Under the pieces are notes generated by a model. The model worked only from the letters and a program-made list of their open reading frames with translations, was not told the origin of the DNA and ran no database searches. Made by a program: the position numbers and the translations under genes. A stretch of 63,343 bases of DNA, counting the filler, from an uncultured bacterium (lineage in GTDB: Bacteria > CAYJRR01): NCBI GenBank assembly GCA_964372275.1. It is 3 parts of 3 records of this genome, joined end to end, with 100 filler letters (N's around TTAATTAATTAA, not from the genome) between each part and the next. Parts side by side here need not be neighbours in the genome. Positions count along the whole stretch, not along the records: positions 1 to 21,562 come from CAYJRR010000079.1; positions 21,663 to 42,514 come from CAYJRR010000080.1; 1 more part is not named here. The stretch is one strand, 5' to 3'. Below are positions 19,815-33,600 of this stretch, in pieces. The first letter of the stretch is position 1. Each line of letters begins with the position of its first letter.

Positions 19815-20411
19815 CTACGGGTCGGCGCGGAGCGTGTCGAGGAGCGCCTTGACCTGGCGCCGCGTGTCCTCGAGGCCGCCGCCGTTGTCGATCACGTGCG
19901 TGGCGCGGGCGCGCTTCTCGGCGAGGGGCATCTGGCTCGCGATGCGCCGCCGGGCGTCGTCCTCCGCCGTGCCGCGGTCGACGAGGCGCTTGAGCTGGAG
20001 CTCGGGCGGGCAGTCGACCACCACCACTCCGGCGAAGTCGTCGGCCCATCCGGTCTCGATCATCAGCGCGGCATCGACGAAGACGAGCGACGCGCCGCGG
20101 CCGGCGGCGGCGAGGATCCGCTGCCCGATCTCATCGCGGATCCGTGGATGGGTGATCGCCTCGAGCCGGCGCCGCGCCTCCGCGTCCTGGAAGACGATCT
20201 GCGCCAGCTTCGCGCGGTCGAGGGTCTGGTCCTCCCTCAGCACCTCCTGGCCGAAGGTCTGGACGATCTGTCGCCAGGCGGGCTGTCCCGGCACGACGAT
20301 CTCCCGCGCGATCCGGTCGGCGTCGTAGACGGGGGGGCCCTCCTGCCGGATCATCTCCGCCACCGTCGACTTGCCGGTGGCGATCCCGCCGGTGAGCCCG
20401 AAGACCTTCAC
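19815..20411 (-). CDS. coaE: Dephospho-CoA kinase
   Basis: GLTGGIATGKSTV, DADRIARE, LDRAKLAQIVF, LEAITHP, SQMPLAEK. Confidence 0.95.
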   Translation of the reverse strand: MKVFGLTGGIATGKSTVAEMIRQEGPPVYDADRIAREIVVPGQPAWRQIVQTFGQEVLREDQTLDRAKLAQIVFQDAEARRRLEAITHPRIRDEIGQRILAAAGRGASLVFVDAALMIETGWADDFAGVVVVDCPPELQLKRLVDRGTAEDDARRRIASQMPLAEKRARATHVIDNGGGLEDTRRQVKALLDTLRADP

Positions 20412-20436
20412 GACGGCGTGGTTCGAGGCAGCAGGG

Positions 20437-21562
20437 TCATCCCTCGGACTCGGTCTCGGTCGCGGCCCCGCCCGCGGCCGCGCTTCCGGTCTCGGACGCG
20501 GCCCCGACCGCGGACGCCGCCTCGCCGCCGTCGCCGTCCGCCCCGTCTTCGCCCGGCCGTTTCTTCTCCAGGTGCCGGAACACCGTCCGCGGGTCGACGT
20601 CGAGATCGCGGGCGGTCTTGGTGCGGTTGCCGTTGTTGAGCTCGAGAACCTCGTCGATGTAGCGGACGCGGAACTCCTCGATCGCCTGGGTCAGCGGGAG
20701 GATCTTCTTCTGGTAGCCGCGCGCGAGCTCCAGGTCCTCGACGGTGAGCCTCGGCCGTTCGGCCATCACCACCGCCTTCTTCACCTTGTTCTCGAGCTGC
20801 CGGATGTTCCCCGGCCAGGCCGACTTGCGGACGGCGAGGATCGCGTCGGGGGTGAACCCTTTCACCGGCGAGTTGAACTCCTTCACGTACTTCTTGAGGA
20901 AGAAGTTGGCGAGCATCAGCACGTCGTCCCCTCGATCGCGAAGCGGTGGAACGCGGATCGCGACCTCATTGAGACGGTAGAAGAGATCCTCCCGGAACCG
21001 GCCCGCGGCGACCTCGTCCTGCAGCACCTTGTTCGTGGCGCACACGACGCGGATGTCGACGGATCGGGGCCGGTTCTCCCCGACGCGCTCGACGGTGCGC
21101 TCCTGCAGCGCCCGGAGCAGCTTCACCTGCAGGATCGGGTTCATCTCCCCGATCTCGTCCAGGAAGAGGGTCCCCTTGTTCGCGGCCTCGAACTTCCCCG
21201 CCTTGTCGCCGACGGCGCCGGTGAAGGCCCCGCGCACGTGCCCGAACAGCTCGCTCTCGAGCAGGTTCTCCGGGATGGCGCCGCAGTTGATCGAAATGAA
21301 GGGGCCCTTGGAACGCGGTCCGCGGCGGTGGATCTCGCGGGCGATCAGCTCCTTGCCGGTCCCGGTCTCGCCCTCGATCAGCACCGTGATGTCGGTGGTC
21401 GCGATCTTCTCGATGGTGCGGAAGATGGCGCGCATCCCCGGCGCGCCGCCGATCAGGTCGCCGAACGCCGATTCGGCACTCTCCGCCTTGAGTTGCTGGA
21501 CGTCGCGCCGGAGGTCTCGGATGTGGAAGGCGTTCTGGATCGCCATCGCCGCCTGTCCGGCG
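20437..21562 (-). CDS. sigma54-dependent Fis-family activator (5' truncated at contig end, probably preceded by a GAF domain)
   Basis: GETGTGKE, ESELFGH, GAFTGA, LFLDEIG, FREDLFYRL, WPGNIRQL, C-terminal Fis HTH; frame open to the gap (AGQAAMAIQNA). Confidence 0.93.
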
Positions 21563-21662
21563 NNNNNNNNNNNNNNNNNNNNNNNNNNNNNNNNNNNNNN
21601 NNNNNNTTAATTAATTAANNNNNNNNNNNNNNNNNNNNNNNNNNNNNNNNNNNNNNNNNNNN
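21563..21662. other. Artificial contig spacer
   Basis: N-run + TTAATTAATTAA (21607-21618, stops in all six frames) + N-run. Confidence 0.97.
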
Positions 21663-24600
21663 ACGGCGGCATCGCCAACGCCGGCGTCGACACCAGCGAT
21701 CCGCAGACCTTCACCCTGCTGGTCACCGCCGTGAACGACGCGCCCGTCTTCACCGTCGGCGCCAACCAGGTCGTCGACGAAGACGCGGGCGCGCAGACCG
21801 CCACCGGCGCAACCGGCATCGGGCCCGGTGGCGGATCCGACGAAACCGGCCAGAGTCTCGCCTTCACCGTCGTGGCGAGCGATCCCGCGCTCTTCTCCGC
21901 CGGTCCGGCGATCTCCTCCGCCGGCGTCCTCACCTACACGCCGGCGACCCACAAGAACGGCGTCGCGACCGTCACCGTGACGCTCGTCGACGGAGGAAGC
22001 GGAACGCCGCCCGACGTCAACACCAGCGCCCCGCAGACCCTCACCATCACCGTCAACGCCGTCAACGACGCGCCGGTCTTCACCGTCGGCGCCAACCAGA
22101 CCGTCGCCGAGGACGCCGGCGCGCAGACCGCCACCGGCGCCACCGGAATCGGTCCGGGCGGAGGCGCCGACGAGGCCGGTCAGACGGTCTCCTTCACCAC
22201 CGTCCCCAGCGATCCGGCGCTCTTCTCCGCCGGCCCGGCGATCTCCCCTGCCGGTGTCCTCACCTACACCCCGGCCGCCGACGCGTACGGCATCGCGACC
22301 GTTACCGTCACGCTCACCGACAGCGGCAGCGGGACGTCGCCGAACGTCAATGCCAGCAGCCCGCAGACCTTCACCCTCACCATCGGCTCGGTCAACGACG
22401 CCCCGAGCTTCACCAAGGGCCCGAACAAGACGGTCAACGAGGACAGCGGGCCGGCGAGCTACGCGAATTGGGCGACGGCGATCTCTCCCGGCCCGGCCAA
22501 CGAGGTGGCCGAGCCGCAGACCGTCACCTTCCTCGTCGAGACCGACAGCCCCGGCCTCTTCAAGCCGGGGGCCGGCCAACCGGCGGTCGCGTCCAACGGC
22601 ACCCTCACCTTCGAGCCGGAGCTGAACCAGTTCGGCACGGCGCTGGTCTCGGTCCGTATCCAGGACAGCGGAGGGACGGCGAACGGTGGCGTCGACACCA
22701 GTGCGGCGCAGACGTTCACCATCACCCTCGAACCGGTCAACGACGAGCCGTCGTTCGACGATTCGCTGACCAACAAGACGGAGAACGAGGACTGCGGGCC
22801 GAAGTCCTACGCGAACTTCGCTTCGGGGATGTACGCCGGCGCGCCCAACGAGACGTCGCAACAGCTCTCGTTCGTCGTCGTGTTCAACAACAACGCCGGG
22901 CTATTCACCGGTCCCGGCCAGCCGGCGATCGACGCCTCAACCGGGACGTTGACCTTCACGCCGGCGCTGAACGCCAACGGCTCGGCGACGATCAGCGTCG
23001 TGATTCGCGACGACGGAGGGACCAGCCCCGGCGACGACGAGAGCCCGCCGCGCATGTTCACCATCACCATCAACCCGGTGAACGACGCTCCGGTGGCCGT
23101 GGCGAACAGCCACTCGGTCTACGAAGACCAGGTGCTCAACGTCGCCGCACCGGGGGTGCTCGGCAACGACTCCGACGTCGAAAACGACACGTTGCAGGCG
23201 GTCCTCGTCGCCACGACGCCGAACGGGACGCTCTCGCTCAACGCGGCCGACGGCTCGTTCACCTATACGCCGGACGGCAACTTCCACGGAACCGACACCT
23301 TCACCTACAAGGCGAAGGAGACCGGAACGCCCGAGCTCCTCGAGTCGTCGACGGTATCCGTGACGATCACCGTCAATCCCGTCAACGACGAGCCGTTCTT
23401 CGTCGAGGGGGCCAGCCAGACGGTCGACGAGGACGCCGCGCCGCAGAGCCTCGCCAACTGGGCGACCGGGATCACCGCCGGTCCGAACGAGGCGTCGCAA
23501 GGGTTCGACTTCACGGTCACCAACTCGCGGCCGTCGCTGTTCTCGGCGCAGCCGGCGGTCGACGACTCCGGCCGGCTCACCTACACGGCGGCGGCGCACC
23601 ACTACGGGACGGCGACGGTCAGCGTGGTGATGACCGACGACGGCAACACCGGCGCCCCGGGCGACGACAACGAGTACGGACCGCGGACCTTCGTCATCGA
23701 GATCCGGTCGCTGAACGACGCCCCGAGCTTCACGCTCGCCGGCGGCGTCACGGTGCTTGAGGACGCGCCGGCGCAGACGATCGCAGGACACGCCTTCAAC
23801 ATCTCGGTCGGCCCCACGACGGCGGGTGGTTGCGCGGTCGGCGAGTGCTCCGAGAGCGGGCAGGCGGTCGACTTCATCGACATCACCCATACCAACACCG
23901 GGCTGTTCACGGCCGGCGGCAAGCCGGCAATCCTCACCGATGGAACGCTCACCTTCACGCCGGTCGTCGACGTCTATGGCAGCTCCACCGTCTCGGTTCG
24001 GGCCACCGACGACGGCGGCGTCGCAAACGGGGGGGTCGACAAGAGCGGCTGGCTTTCCTTCGTCATCACCGTTCAGGCGGTCAACGATCCGCCGGTCGCG
24101 GCCAACGACGCCCATGGCACCGACGAGGACATCCCACTGACCGTTGCCGCGGCCGGGGTGCTCGCCAACGACACCGACACCGACATCGCCACCGAGCCCG
24201 GGGAGTACCTCACCGCGCATTTGGTGGCCGGACCGGTCAACGGAACGGTGACCCTCAGCACCAGCGGCTCGTTCACCTACACTCCCAACGCGAACTTCAA
24301 CGGCACCGACAGCTTCACCTACGTCGCCCGGGACAACGCGGCGCGGGCGGCGGCCGGTGCGGATTCAAACGTGGCGACGGTGACGATCACCGTCGACCCG
24401 GTCAACGACAAGCCGACCTTTGCCAAGGGGGCCCAACCGACGGTGTCCGAGGACGGCGGCGCGTCGACGCTCACCGGCTGGGCGGTGTTCGACGCCGGTC
24501 CGGCCGATGAGGACGCGGGAGGCGCCAACCAGCAGGCCGTGCTGGACTACCTGGTCTCGAACGACAACCCCGCCCTCTTCTCGGCGGCTCCGGACGTGGC

Positions 24601-27600
24601 GAACGACGGCACGCTGACGTTCACGCTCGCCGCCAACCAGAACGGCAGCGCCGTCGTGACGGTGCGAGTCCAAGACGACGGCGGAACCGCCAGCGGCGGT
24701 ATCGACGTGAGCGATCCGCAGACCATCACCATCACCGTCACCCCGGTCAACGACAAGCCCTCCTTCGTCAAGGGAACCGACCGGACGGTGTTGGAGGACA
24801 GCGGAACGACGAACGTCGCGGGTTGGGCGACCTCCTTCGACGCCGGCCCCCCCGACGAAGACGCGGGCGGCGCCAACCAACAGGCGGTCCTCGACTACCT
24901 GGTGTCCACCGACAACCCCTCGCTCTTCGCGACGCTCGACGTACTGAACGACGGGACGCTGACCTTCGCGCCGGCCGGCGACCAGAACGGCTCCGCCGTC
25001 GTGACCGTCCGCGTCAAGGACGACGGCGGAACGGCCGGCGGCGGCGTCGACACCGGCGACCCGCAGACCTTCAACATCGTCGTCACCCCGGTCAACGACA
25101 AGCCGTCGTTCGTGAAGGGGGCCGACGCGACCGTCGCGGAGGACAGCGGCGCGACGACGGTCGTGGGTTGGGCCACCGGCTTCGACGCCGGGCCCTCCGA
25201 CGAGGACGCCGGCGGCGCGAACCAACAGGTGCTGCTCGACTATCTCGTCTCCAGCAACAACCCGGCCCTCTTCTCGACGCCGCCCGATGTCGCCAACGAC
25301 GGCACGCTGACCTTTGCGGCCGCCCCCAACCAGAACGGCGTGGCCGTCGTCACCGTCCGCGTCCAGGACGATGGAGGGACCTCGGGCGGCGGCGTCGACG
25401 CCAGCGACCCGCAGACCTTTACGATCACGGTGAACTCGGTCAACGACAAGCCGACCTTCGCCAAGGGAGCCGACCAGACGGTGCTCGAGGACGCGTCGGC
25501 AACGACGGTCGCGGGATGGGCGTCCGGCTTCGACGCCGGGCCCGCCGACGAGGACCCGGGCGGTGCCAACCAGCAGGCGCTGCTCGACTACCTCGTCTCC
25601 AACGACAACCCCGGTCTGTTCGTCACGCAGCCGGACGTCGCCAACGACGGCACGCTGACCTTTGCCGTCGCCGCCAACCAGAACGGCGTGGCCGTCGTCA
25701 CCGTCCGCGTCCAGGACGACGGGGGGACCGCCGGCGGCGGAGTCGACACCAGCGACCCGCAGACCTTCACGATCACCGTGAACTCGGTCAACGACAAGCC
25801 GACGTTCGTCAAAGGGGCCGATCAGACGGTGCTCGAGGATTCGGCGGCCACGACCGTCGCGGGATGGGCCACCGGCTTCGACGCCGGGCCGCCCGACGAG
25901 GATCCGGGCGGCGCCAACCAGCAGGCACTCCTCGACTACCTCGTGTCGAACGACAACCCCGGACTGTTCTCGGTTCCGCCCGACATCGCCAACGACGGCA
26001 CGCTCACGTTCACCATCGCCGCGAATCAGAACGGTTCCGCCGTCGTCACCGTGCGCGTTCAGGACGACGGCGGAACGGCCGGCGGCGGCGTCGACACCAG
26101 CGATCCGCAGACATTCACCATCGTCGTCACCCCGGTCAACGACAAACCCTCCTTCGTGAAGGGGGCCGATCAGACGGTTCTCGAGGACTCCGGCCTGTCC
26201 AACGTCGCCGGATGGGCCACCGGATTCGACGCCGGGCCCGCGGACGAGGATCCCGGCGGATCGAATCAGCAGGCGCTCCTCGACTACCTGGTCTCCACCG
26301 ACAATCCTGGACTCTTCGCCGCGCTCGACGTGCTGAACGACGGCACGTTGACCTTCACTCCGGCGGCGAACCAGAACGGCGCCGCGGTGGTCACGGTGCG
26401 GGTGCAGGACGACGGCGGGACCGCCGGCGGTGGCGTCGACACCGGCGATCCCCAGACGTTCAACATCGTCGTCACCCCGGTCAACGACAAGCCTTCCTTC
26501 GTCAAGGGGGCCGACGCGTCGGTGCTGGAGGACGGCGGCTCCACCACGGTCGCCGGGTGGGCCAGCGGCTTCGACGCCGGACCTGCCGACGAGGATGCCG
26601 GCGGCGCCAACCAACAGACGCTGCTCGACTACCTCGTCTCGAACGACAACCCGGGCCTCTTCGCGGCGCAGCCGGACGTGGCGAACGACGGCACGCTGAC
26701 CTTCACCCTCGCCGGCGACCAGAACGGCGCCGCGGTGGTCACGGTGCGGGTGAAGGACGACGGCGGCACCGCCAACGGCGGCGTCGACACCGGCGATCCG
26801 CAGACCTTCAACATCGTCGTCACCCCGGTCAACGACAAGCCCTCCTTCGTCAAGGGTGCCGATCAGACGGTTCTCGAGGACTCCGGCGTGACCAGCGTCG
26901 CCGGGTGGGCGACCGGCTTCGATGCCGGTCCCGCCGACGAGGACCCCGGCGGCGCCAACCAGCAGGCGCTGCTCGACTACCTCGTCTCGACGGACAACCC
27001 TGGCCTGTTCGCGGCGCTCGACGTGCTGAACGACGGCACGCTGACCTTCACGCCCGCGGCGAATCAGAACGGCGCCGCGGTGGTGACCGTCCGCGTCAAG
27101 GACGACGGAGGCGCCGCCAACGGCGGCGTCGACACCGGCGATCCGCAGACCTTCGCCATCACCGTCACCCCGGTCAACGACAAGCCGGCCTTCGTGAAGG
27201 GGGCCGACTCGTCGGTCTTGGAGGACAGCGGCGCCACGACGATTGCCGGATGGGCCACCGGATTCGACGCCGGTCCCGCCGACGAAGACCCCGGCGGCGC
27301 CAATCAGCAGGCGCTGCTCGACTACCTCGTCTCCAACGACAACCCCGGCCTGTTCTCCACGCAGCCGGACGTCGCCAACGACGGCACACTCACCTTCGCC
27401 GTCGCCGCCGACCAGAACGGCGTCGCCACCGTGACCGTCCGGGTGATGGACGACGGCGGAACCGCCAACGGCGGCGTCGACACCGGCGACCCGCAAACCG
27501 TCACCATCACCGTCACCCCGGTCAACGACAAGCCGGTCTTCGTGAAAGGGGCCGACCAGACCGTCTTCGAAGACAACGGCGCGGCGACCGTCGTGGGATG

Positions 27601-30600
27601 GGCCACCGGCTTCGATGCCGGCCCCGCCGACGAGGACGCCGGTGGCGCGAACCAGCAGGCGCTGCTCGACTACCTGGTCTCCACGGACAACCCCGCCCTT
27701 TTCGCGGCGCTCGACGTGCTGAACGACGGCACGCTGACCTTCACGCCGGCGGCGAACCAGAACGGCGCGGCGACCGTGACCGTCCGCGTGATGGACGACG
27801 GCGGAACCGCCAACGGCGGCGTCGACACCGGCGACCCGCAGACGTTCACCATCGTGGTCGACGCGGTCAACGATCCGCCGGAGTTCACCGTCGGCGCGAA
27901 CCAGACGGTGAACGAGGACGCCGCGCCGCAGACGGTGGCCGGGTGGGCGACCGGCATCCGTGCCGGGCCGGCCACCGCCGGCGACGAGAATGCCTCGCAG
28001 ACGGTCACCTTCTCCACCGCGACGACCAACGACGCCCTCTTCTCCATCCTCCCGGACGTGGATGAAGCGACCGGAGACCTCACCTACACCGCGGCTCCCC
28101 AGGCCAACGGCGTCGCCACGGTGACGGTGACCCTCACCGACAGCGGAAGCAACTCGCCGCCGAACGTCAACAACAGCACCCAGACCTTCACCATCACCGT
28201 CGCCGCCGTGAACGACCCACCGAGCTTCGCGGCCGGCCCCAATCCGTCGGTGACCGAAGATTCGCCCCTGCAGACGCTCCTCTGGGCGACCTCGATCTCC
28301 CCCGGTCCGGCCGACGAAGCCGCCCAGGTCGTCTCGTTCCTCGTCGACTCCACCGCGCCTGCGAAGTTTTCGGTCGTCCCGACGATCGGTACCAACGGCG
28401 TGCTTACGTTCCAGCCGGCGGCCGACGCAAACGGAATGGTCACGGTGACGGTCGTCGCCAAGGACGACGGCGGAACGGCGGTCGGTGGAGACGACGACAC
28501 CGATCCGATCACGTTCACCATCGAGATCCGCCCGGTGAACGACGTCCCGAGCTTCGTCGCGGGCGCCAACCAGACCGTCGCCGAGGACGCGGGGGTCGTC
28601 AACGTTCCCAACTGGGCGACGTCGATCAGCCGCGGACCGGCGGACGAGAGCGGCCAGGCGGTCGACTTCCAGGTGTCGCTCTCCACGGCCAGCTACACCA
28701 CCGTCGACGCCTCGCTAACCGCCGGAAATCCCAGTCTCTTCAGCGCCGGTCCGACGATCGACTCCGCGGGCAACCTGACGTTCACCACGGCCGCCAATCT
28801 GAACGGCGTCGTGACGGTCACGGTGCGGTTCCACGACGACGGCGGGACGGTCGACGGCGGCGTCGACACCAGCGGACCGCAGGAGTTCACGATCACCATC
28901 ACGCCCGTCAACGACCAGCCGGTGGCGAACGCGCAGTCGGTGACGACCGACGAGGACGTCGACCTGCCGATCGTCCTCACCGGTTTCGACGCCGATGGAA
29001 ACGCGCTCACCTACGCGATCGACACGCCGCCGGCGAACGGCGTGCTGACCGGCACGTTGCCGAACGTCACCTACGAGCCCGACCAGGACTACAACGGTTC
29101 CGACAGCTTCGCCTTCCACGTCAGCGACGGCGCGCTCAACTCCGCCTCCGCGCTGATTTCGATCACGCTCAACCCGGTCAACGACATGCCGTTCGCCACC
29201 CCCGGCAGCGACACCACCAACGAGGACGTGGCGAAGGCCCTGACCCTCACCGGGACCGACGTCGACGGCGACCCGCTCCAACTGCTGATCGTCGTCTCCC
29301 CAACCAACGGCGCGCTCGCCGGCTCCTCGCCAACCTACACCTACACCCCGAACGCGCACTTCTGGGGTACCGACTCCTTCACCTTCCAGGCGTTCGACGG
29401 CGAGCTCTACTCGCCGGCCGTCACCTTCTCGCTGACGATCAATCCGATCCCCGATCCGCCGATCGCCACCGACCAGACGGTGACGGTGGTCGAGGACACC
29501 TGGATCGACGTCACCTTCACCGGCTGGGATCCGGACGGCGACCCGATCACCTTTGCCCGGACGAGTGGCGCGGCGAACGGCGCCGTGGCCGACCTTTCCA
29601 CGACGATCGCCCGCTACACGCCGAACACGGACTTCTTCGGGACCGACACCTTCACCTTCAAGACCAACGACGGCGTCTCCGACTCGGCGCCCGGCACGAT
29701 CACCGTCAACGTCCTCCCCGTCGACGACGCGCCGATCGCCAACGGACAGTCGGTGACGACCGACGAGGACACGCCGCTGGCGATCACCCTCACCGGGGTC
29801 GACGTCGACGCCCAGGGCCTGGACTTCATCCTCGCTCTCCAGCCGACGAAAGGGACGCTGACGGCAGGGGCGACGACCTCGACCAGCCAGCTCTTCGTCT
29901 ACCAGCCGAACCTCAACGTCAACGGCTCGGACAGCTTCAAGTTCCGCGTCTACGACGGGATCAGCGTCTCGCCCACGGCGACCGTCTCGGTGACGATCAA
30001 CTCGGTCGACGACGTTCCGGTGGCCCAGGCGCAGTCGATCACCACCAACGAGGACCAGCCCAAGGCGATCACCCTGATCGGAACCGACGGCGACGGCGAT
30101 CCGACGTTCTGCTCCCTCGACACCCTTCCCGCCAACGGCGTTCTCACCGGCAGTTCGCCCGACTACACCTACACCCCGAACCTCGAATACTCCGGACCCG
30201 ACAGCTTCACCTACACTTGCACCGACGGCACCTACACCTCGCCGGCGGGACTGGTCAGCATCAACGTGCTGATGATCGACGACCCGCCGACGGCGAACTC
30301 CCAGACCGTCACCACCGACGAGGAGGTGAACGTCGGAATCACCCTCACCGGCTCGGATCCGGAGGGGTTCCCGGTCACCTTCAAGCTCCTGACCACGCCC
30401 GCGAAGGGGACGCTGTCCGGCACGGTTCCCAACCTCACCTACAAGCCGAAGTACAACGCCTGGGGCACCGACGTCTTCTGGTTCCGTGTCCGGGACGCCT
30501 CGCAGTGGTCCGCGACCGGGTACATCACGATCAACATCAACCCGATCGACGACGGCGCTCCAACCGCGCAGACCAAGACGGTCGCCGTCACCGAGGACAC

Positions 30601-33600
30601 CCTGCGGACCTTCTCGATCTACGCCGCGGACGTCGACGGCGATCCCCTGACCTACACCATCCTTTCCTCCCCGAACAACGGCTCGCTCGTCACCACCGGC
30701 ACCGTGAACTCCACCGGCGCGGTCGTGAAGTACACCCCGAACCTGAACTTCTTCGGTACCGACACCTTCACCTTCAAGGCCAACGACGGGACGACCGACT
30801 CGAACGTCGCGACGATCACCCTCACGGTGTCGGCGGTGAACGACCCGCCGGTGGCCAACCCGGTGGCGGCGTCGGTGCCGGAGGACGCCGGTGGACCGAT
30901 CACGCTCGACGGGTCCGACCCCGTCGAAGGGAGCCCGGTCTTCTACATGCTGGTCTCCAGCCCGGTGAACGGGACGCTCTCGGGTACCGCCCCGAACCTC
31001 ACCTACACCCCGAAGGCCGACTACTGGGGACCCGACACCTTCCGCTACAAGGTCCGGGACGGCGTCCTCGGTCAGGGCGGCGTCGTCTCGGCGGTCGCGA
31101 CGGTGACGGTGACCGTGACGCCGGTCAACGATCAGCCCCCCGTCGCCTCGCCGATGACGATCAAGACGACGGAGGACGTGCCGAAGATCTTTGTCGTGCG
31201 CGCGACCGACTTCGACAAGGACCCGCTCGCGTACAGCATCGTCGATCCTCCCGTGAACGGCGTGATCACCGGGACCGGTCCGACCTTCACCTACACGCCG
31301 AACGCGAACTGGAACGGGACGGAGACGTTCACCTTCAAGGCGAACGACGGAACGCTCGATTCCAACGTGGCGACGGTCACCGCCGTGGTCAAGACGTTCA
31401 ACGACAAGCCGGTCGCCGAGGCGCAAGGAGTCACGACCGCCGAAGACACGCCGCTGCCGATCGTTCTCGGCGCCTCCGACGCCGACGGGAACACGCTCTC
31501 TTGGTCGATCGTCACCTATCCGGTCAACGGAACGCTCACCGGAAGCGGCCCGAACCGGACCTACCTGCCGAAGGCGAACTTCAACGGCGCGGACAGCTTC
31601 GTCTTCCGCGTCCGGGACGCCTCCACCAGCAGCCAGGCAACGGTCACGATCAACGTCACCTCGGTTCCCGACGACCCGGTCGCGCAGGCGAAATCGGTCA
31701 CGCTCCTCGAGGACCAGGCGACGGCGATCTCGGTAATCGCCACCGACGCCGACGGCGATGCCCTCACCTACACGCTCGTCTCGGGACCGACGTACGGCGC
31801 GCTCACCGGCGTCCTCCCGAACGTCACCTACACCCCCAACCTGAACGTCACCGGACCCGACGGCTTCACCTACAAGGCCAACGACGGCTCCGTCGACTCG
31901 AACGTGGCGACCGTCTCGCTCACGATAACCGCGGTGAACGACCCGCCCGTCGCCGACAACAAGGCGGTCAGCACCGACGAGGAGGTCGCCGTCGGCGTCG
32001 TCCTCACCGGCTCCGACGTCGAAGGGGCGAGCCTCACCTTCTCGATCGCCGCCGCTCCGAAGAAGGGGGCGCTCACCGGGGCGCCGCCGAACCTCACCTA
32101 CACCCCCGGCGCGAACTTCTTCGGCGTCGATACCTTCACCTATCTCGCCAACGACGGCGCGGCGAACTCGACGCCGGGCACGGTGACGATCACCGTCACC
32201 CCGGTGCTCGATTCCACGCTCCTCGCGAACGACCAGACGGTGATCACCGACGAGGAGGTCCCGGTCGACCTGACGCTCGTCGGTTCGGACCTTCTCGGCA
32301 CGCCGCCGGACTTCGAGTTGCTGACGATGCCGGCGAACGGCACCTTGACCGGCACGGCGCCCGACCTGACCTACGATCCCGACCTGAACTTCGCAGGGAC
32401 CGACAGCTTCACCTTCCGCACCACGGTCGGCGGGGACAACTCCGCGCCTGCCACCGTCACCATCCAGGTCCTCCAGGTGAACGATCCGCCGACGGCAGGG
32501 ACGGCGTCGTACCTGGTGTCGGAGGACGTTCCGATGTCGATCACGCTCACCGGCGCCGACGTGGAAGGGGATACCCTCCACTTCCAGATCCTCAATCGGC
32601 CCAAGAAGGGGAGCCTGCTCGGCACGCCTCCGAACGTCGTCTACCGCGCCGCGCGCAACTACATCGGTCCCGACAGCTTCACCTTCCGCACCCGGAGCTA
32701 CGCCGCCCCGAACACGGCCGCGATGTACTCCAGCGCGGCGACGGTCTCGCTCACGGTGCTCGACATCAACGATCCGCCGGTCGCCAACGCGGCGACGGTG
32801 GTCGTGGTGGAGGACACGCCGAAGACGCTCTCGCTCACCGCCAGCGACCCCGACGCCGACCTCCTCACCTTCACGGTACTCACCAATCCGACCAAGGGGA
32901 CGCTGGCCGGAACGCCTCCCAACCTGCTCTTCACGCCGAATCCGAACGCCAACGGGCTCGACAGCTTCACCTTCAAGGCCAACGACGGAGAGCTCGACTC
33001 GGAGGTGAAGACGCTCACGCTGTCGATCACCGCGGTGAACGACCCGCCGGTCGCGGGCGACATCCTCACCGCCACGGCGGAGGACACGCCGATTCCGTTG
33101 GTCCTCACCGGATCCGACCCGATCGAAGGATCGGCGGTGACCTACAAGATCGTTACGCCGCCCGCCAACGGGACGCTGTCGGGTCTGGCTCCGAATCTCA
33201 CCTACACGCCAAATCCCAACTGGTCCGGAACCGAGACCTTCACCTACAAGTCGAAGGACGCCGTCCTCTACTCGGCGCTTGCAATCGTCGAGATTGCGGT
33301 CACGCCGGTGGCCGACGCCCCTGTCGCCGCGGCGCAGACCGTCCAGGTCAACGAGGACGTGCCGAAGTCGATCGTCCTCGCCGGAACGGACGGCGACGGC
33401 GATCCGTTGAGCTTCGTCATCGTCGACACGCCGACCAAGGGCGCCCTGTCGGGGGCCGGGCCGACGATCCTCTACACGCCGGCCGCCAACGCGAACGGCC
33501 CCGACTCCTTCACCTACAAGGCCGTCGACGCCGTCCTGGAGTCGTCCGTCGAGACGGTCACCATCAACATCGTTCCGACCAACGACCCGCCGGTCGCCGA

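Noticed and set aside
21607-21618. TTAATTAATTAA (also 42559-42570) as a biological motif, and adjacency of the sigma54 activator to the adhesin/ncRNA contig
   Set aside because: Synthetic six-frame-stop linker between contigs; gene neighbourhood across it carries no information
24401-27866. Tandem repeats as a CRISPR array or DGR template
   Set aside because: Repeats are ~345 bp, in-frame and protein-coding, with no spacers, cas genes or reverse transcriptase in the window
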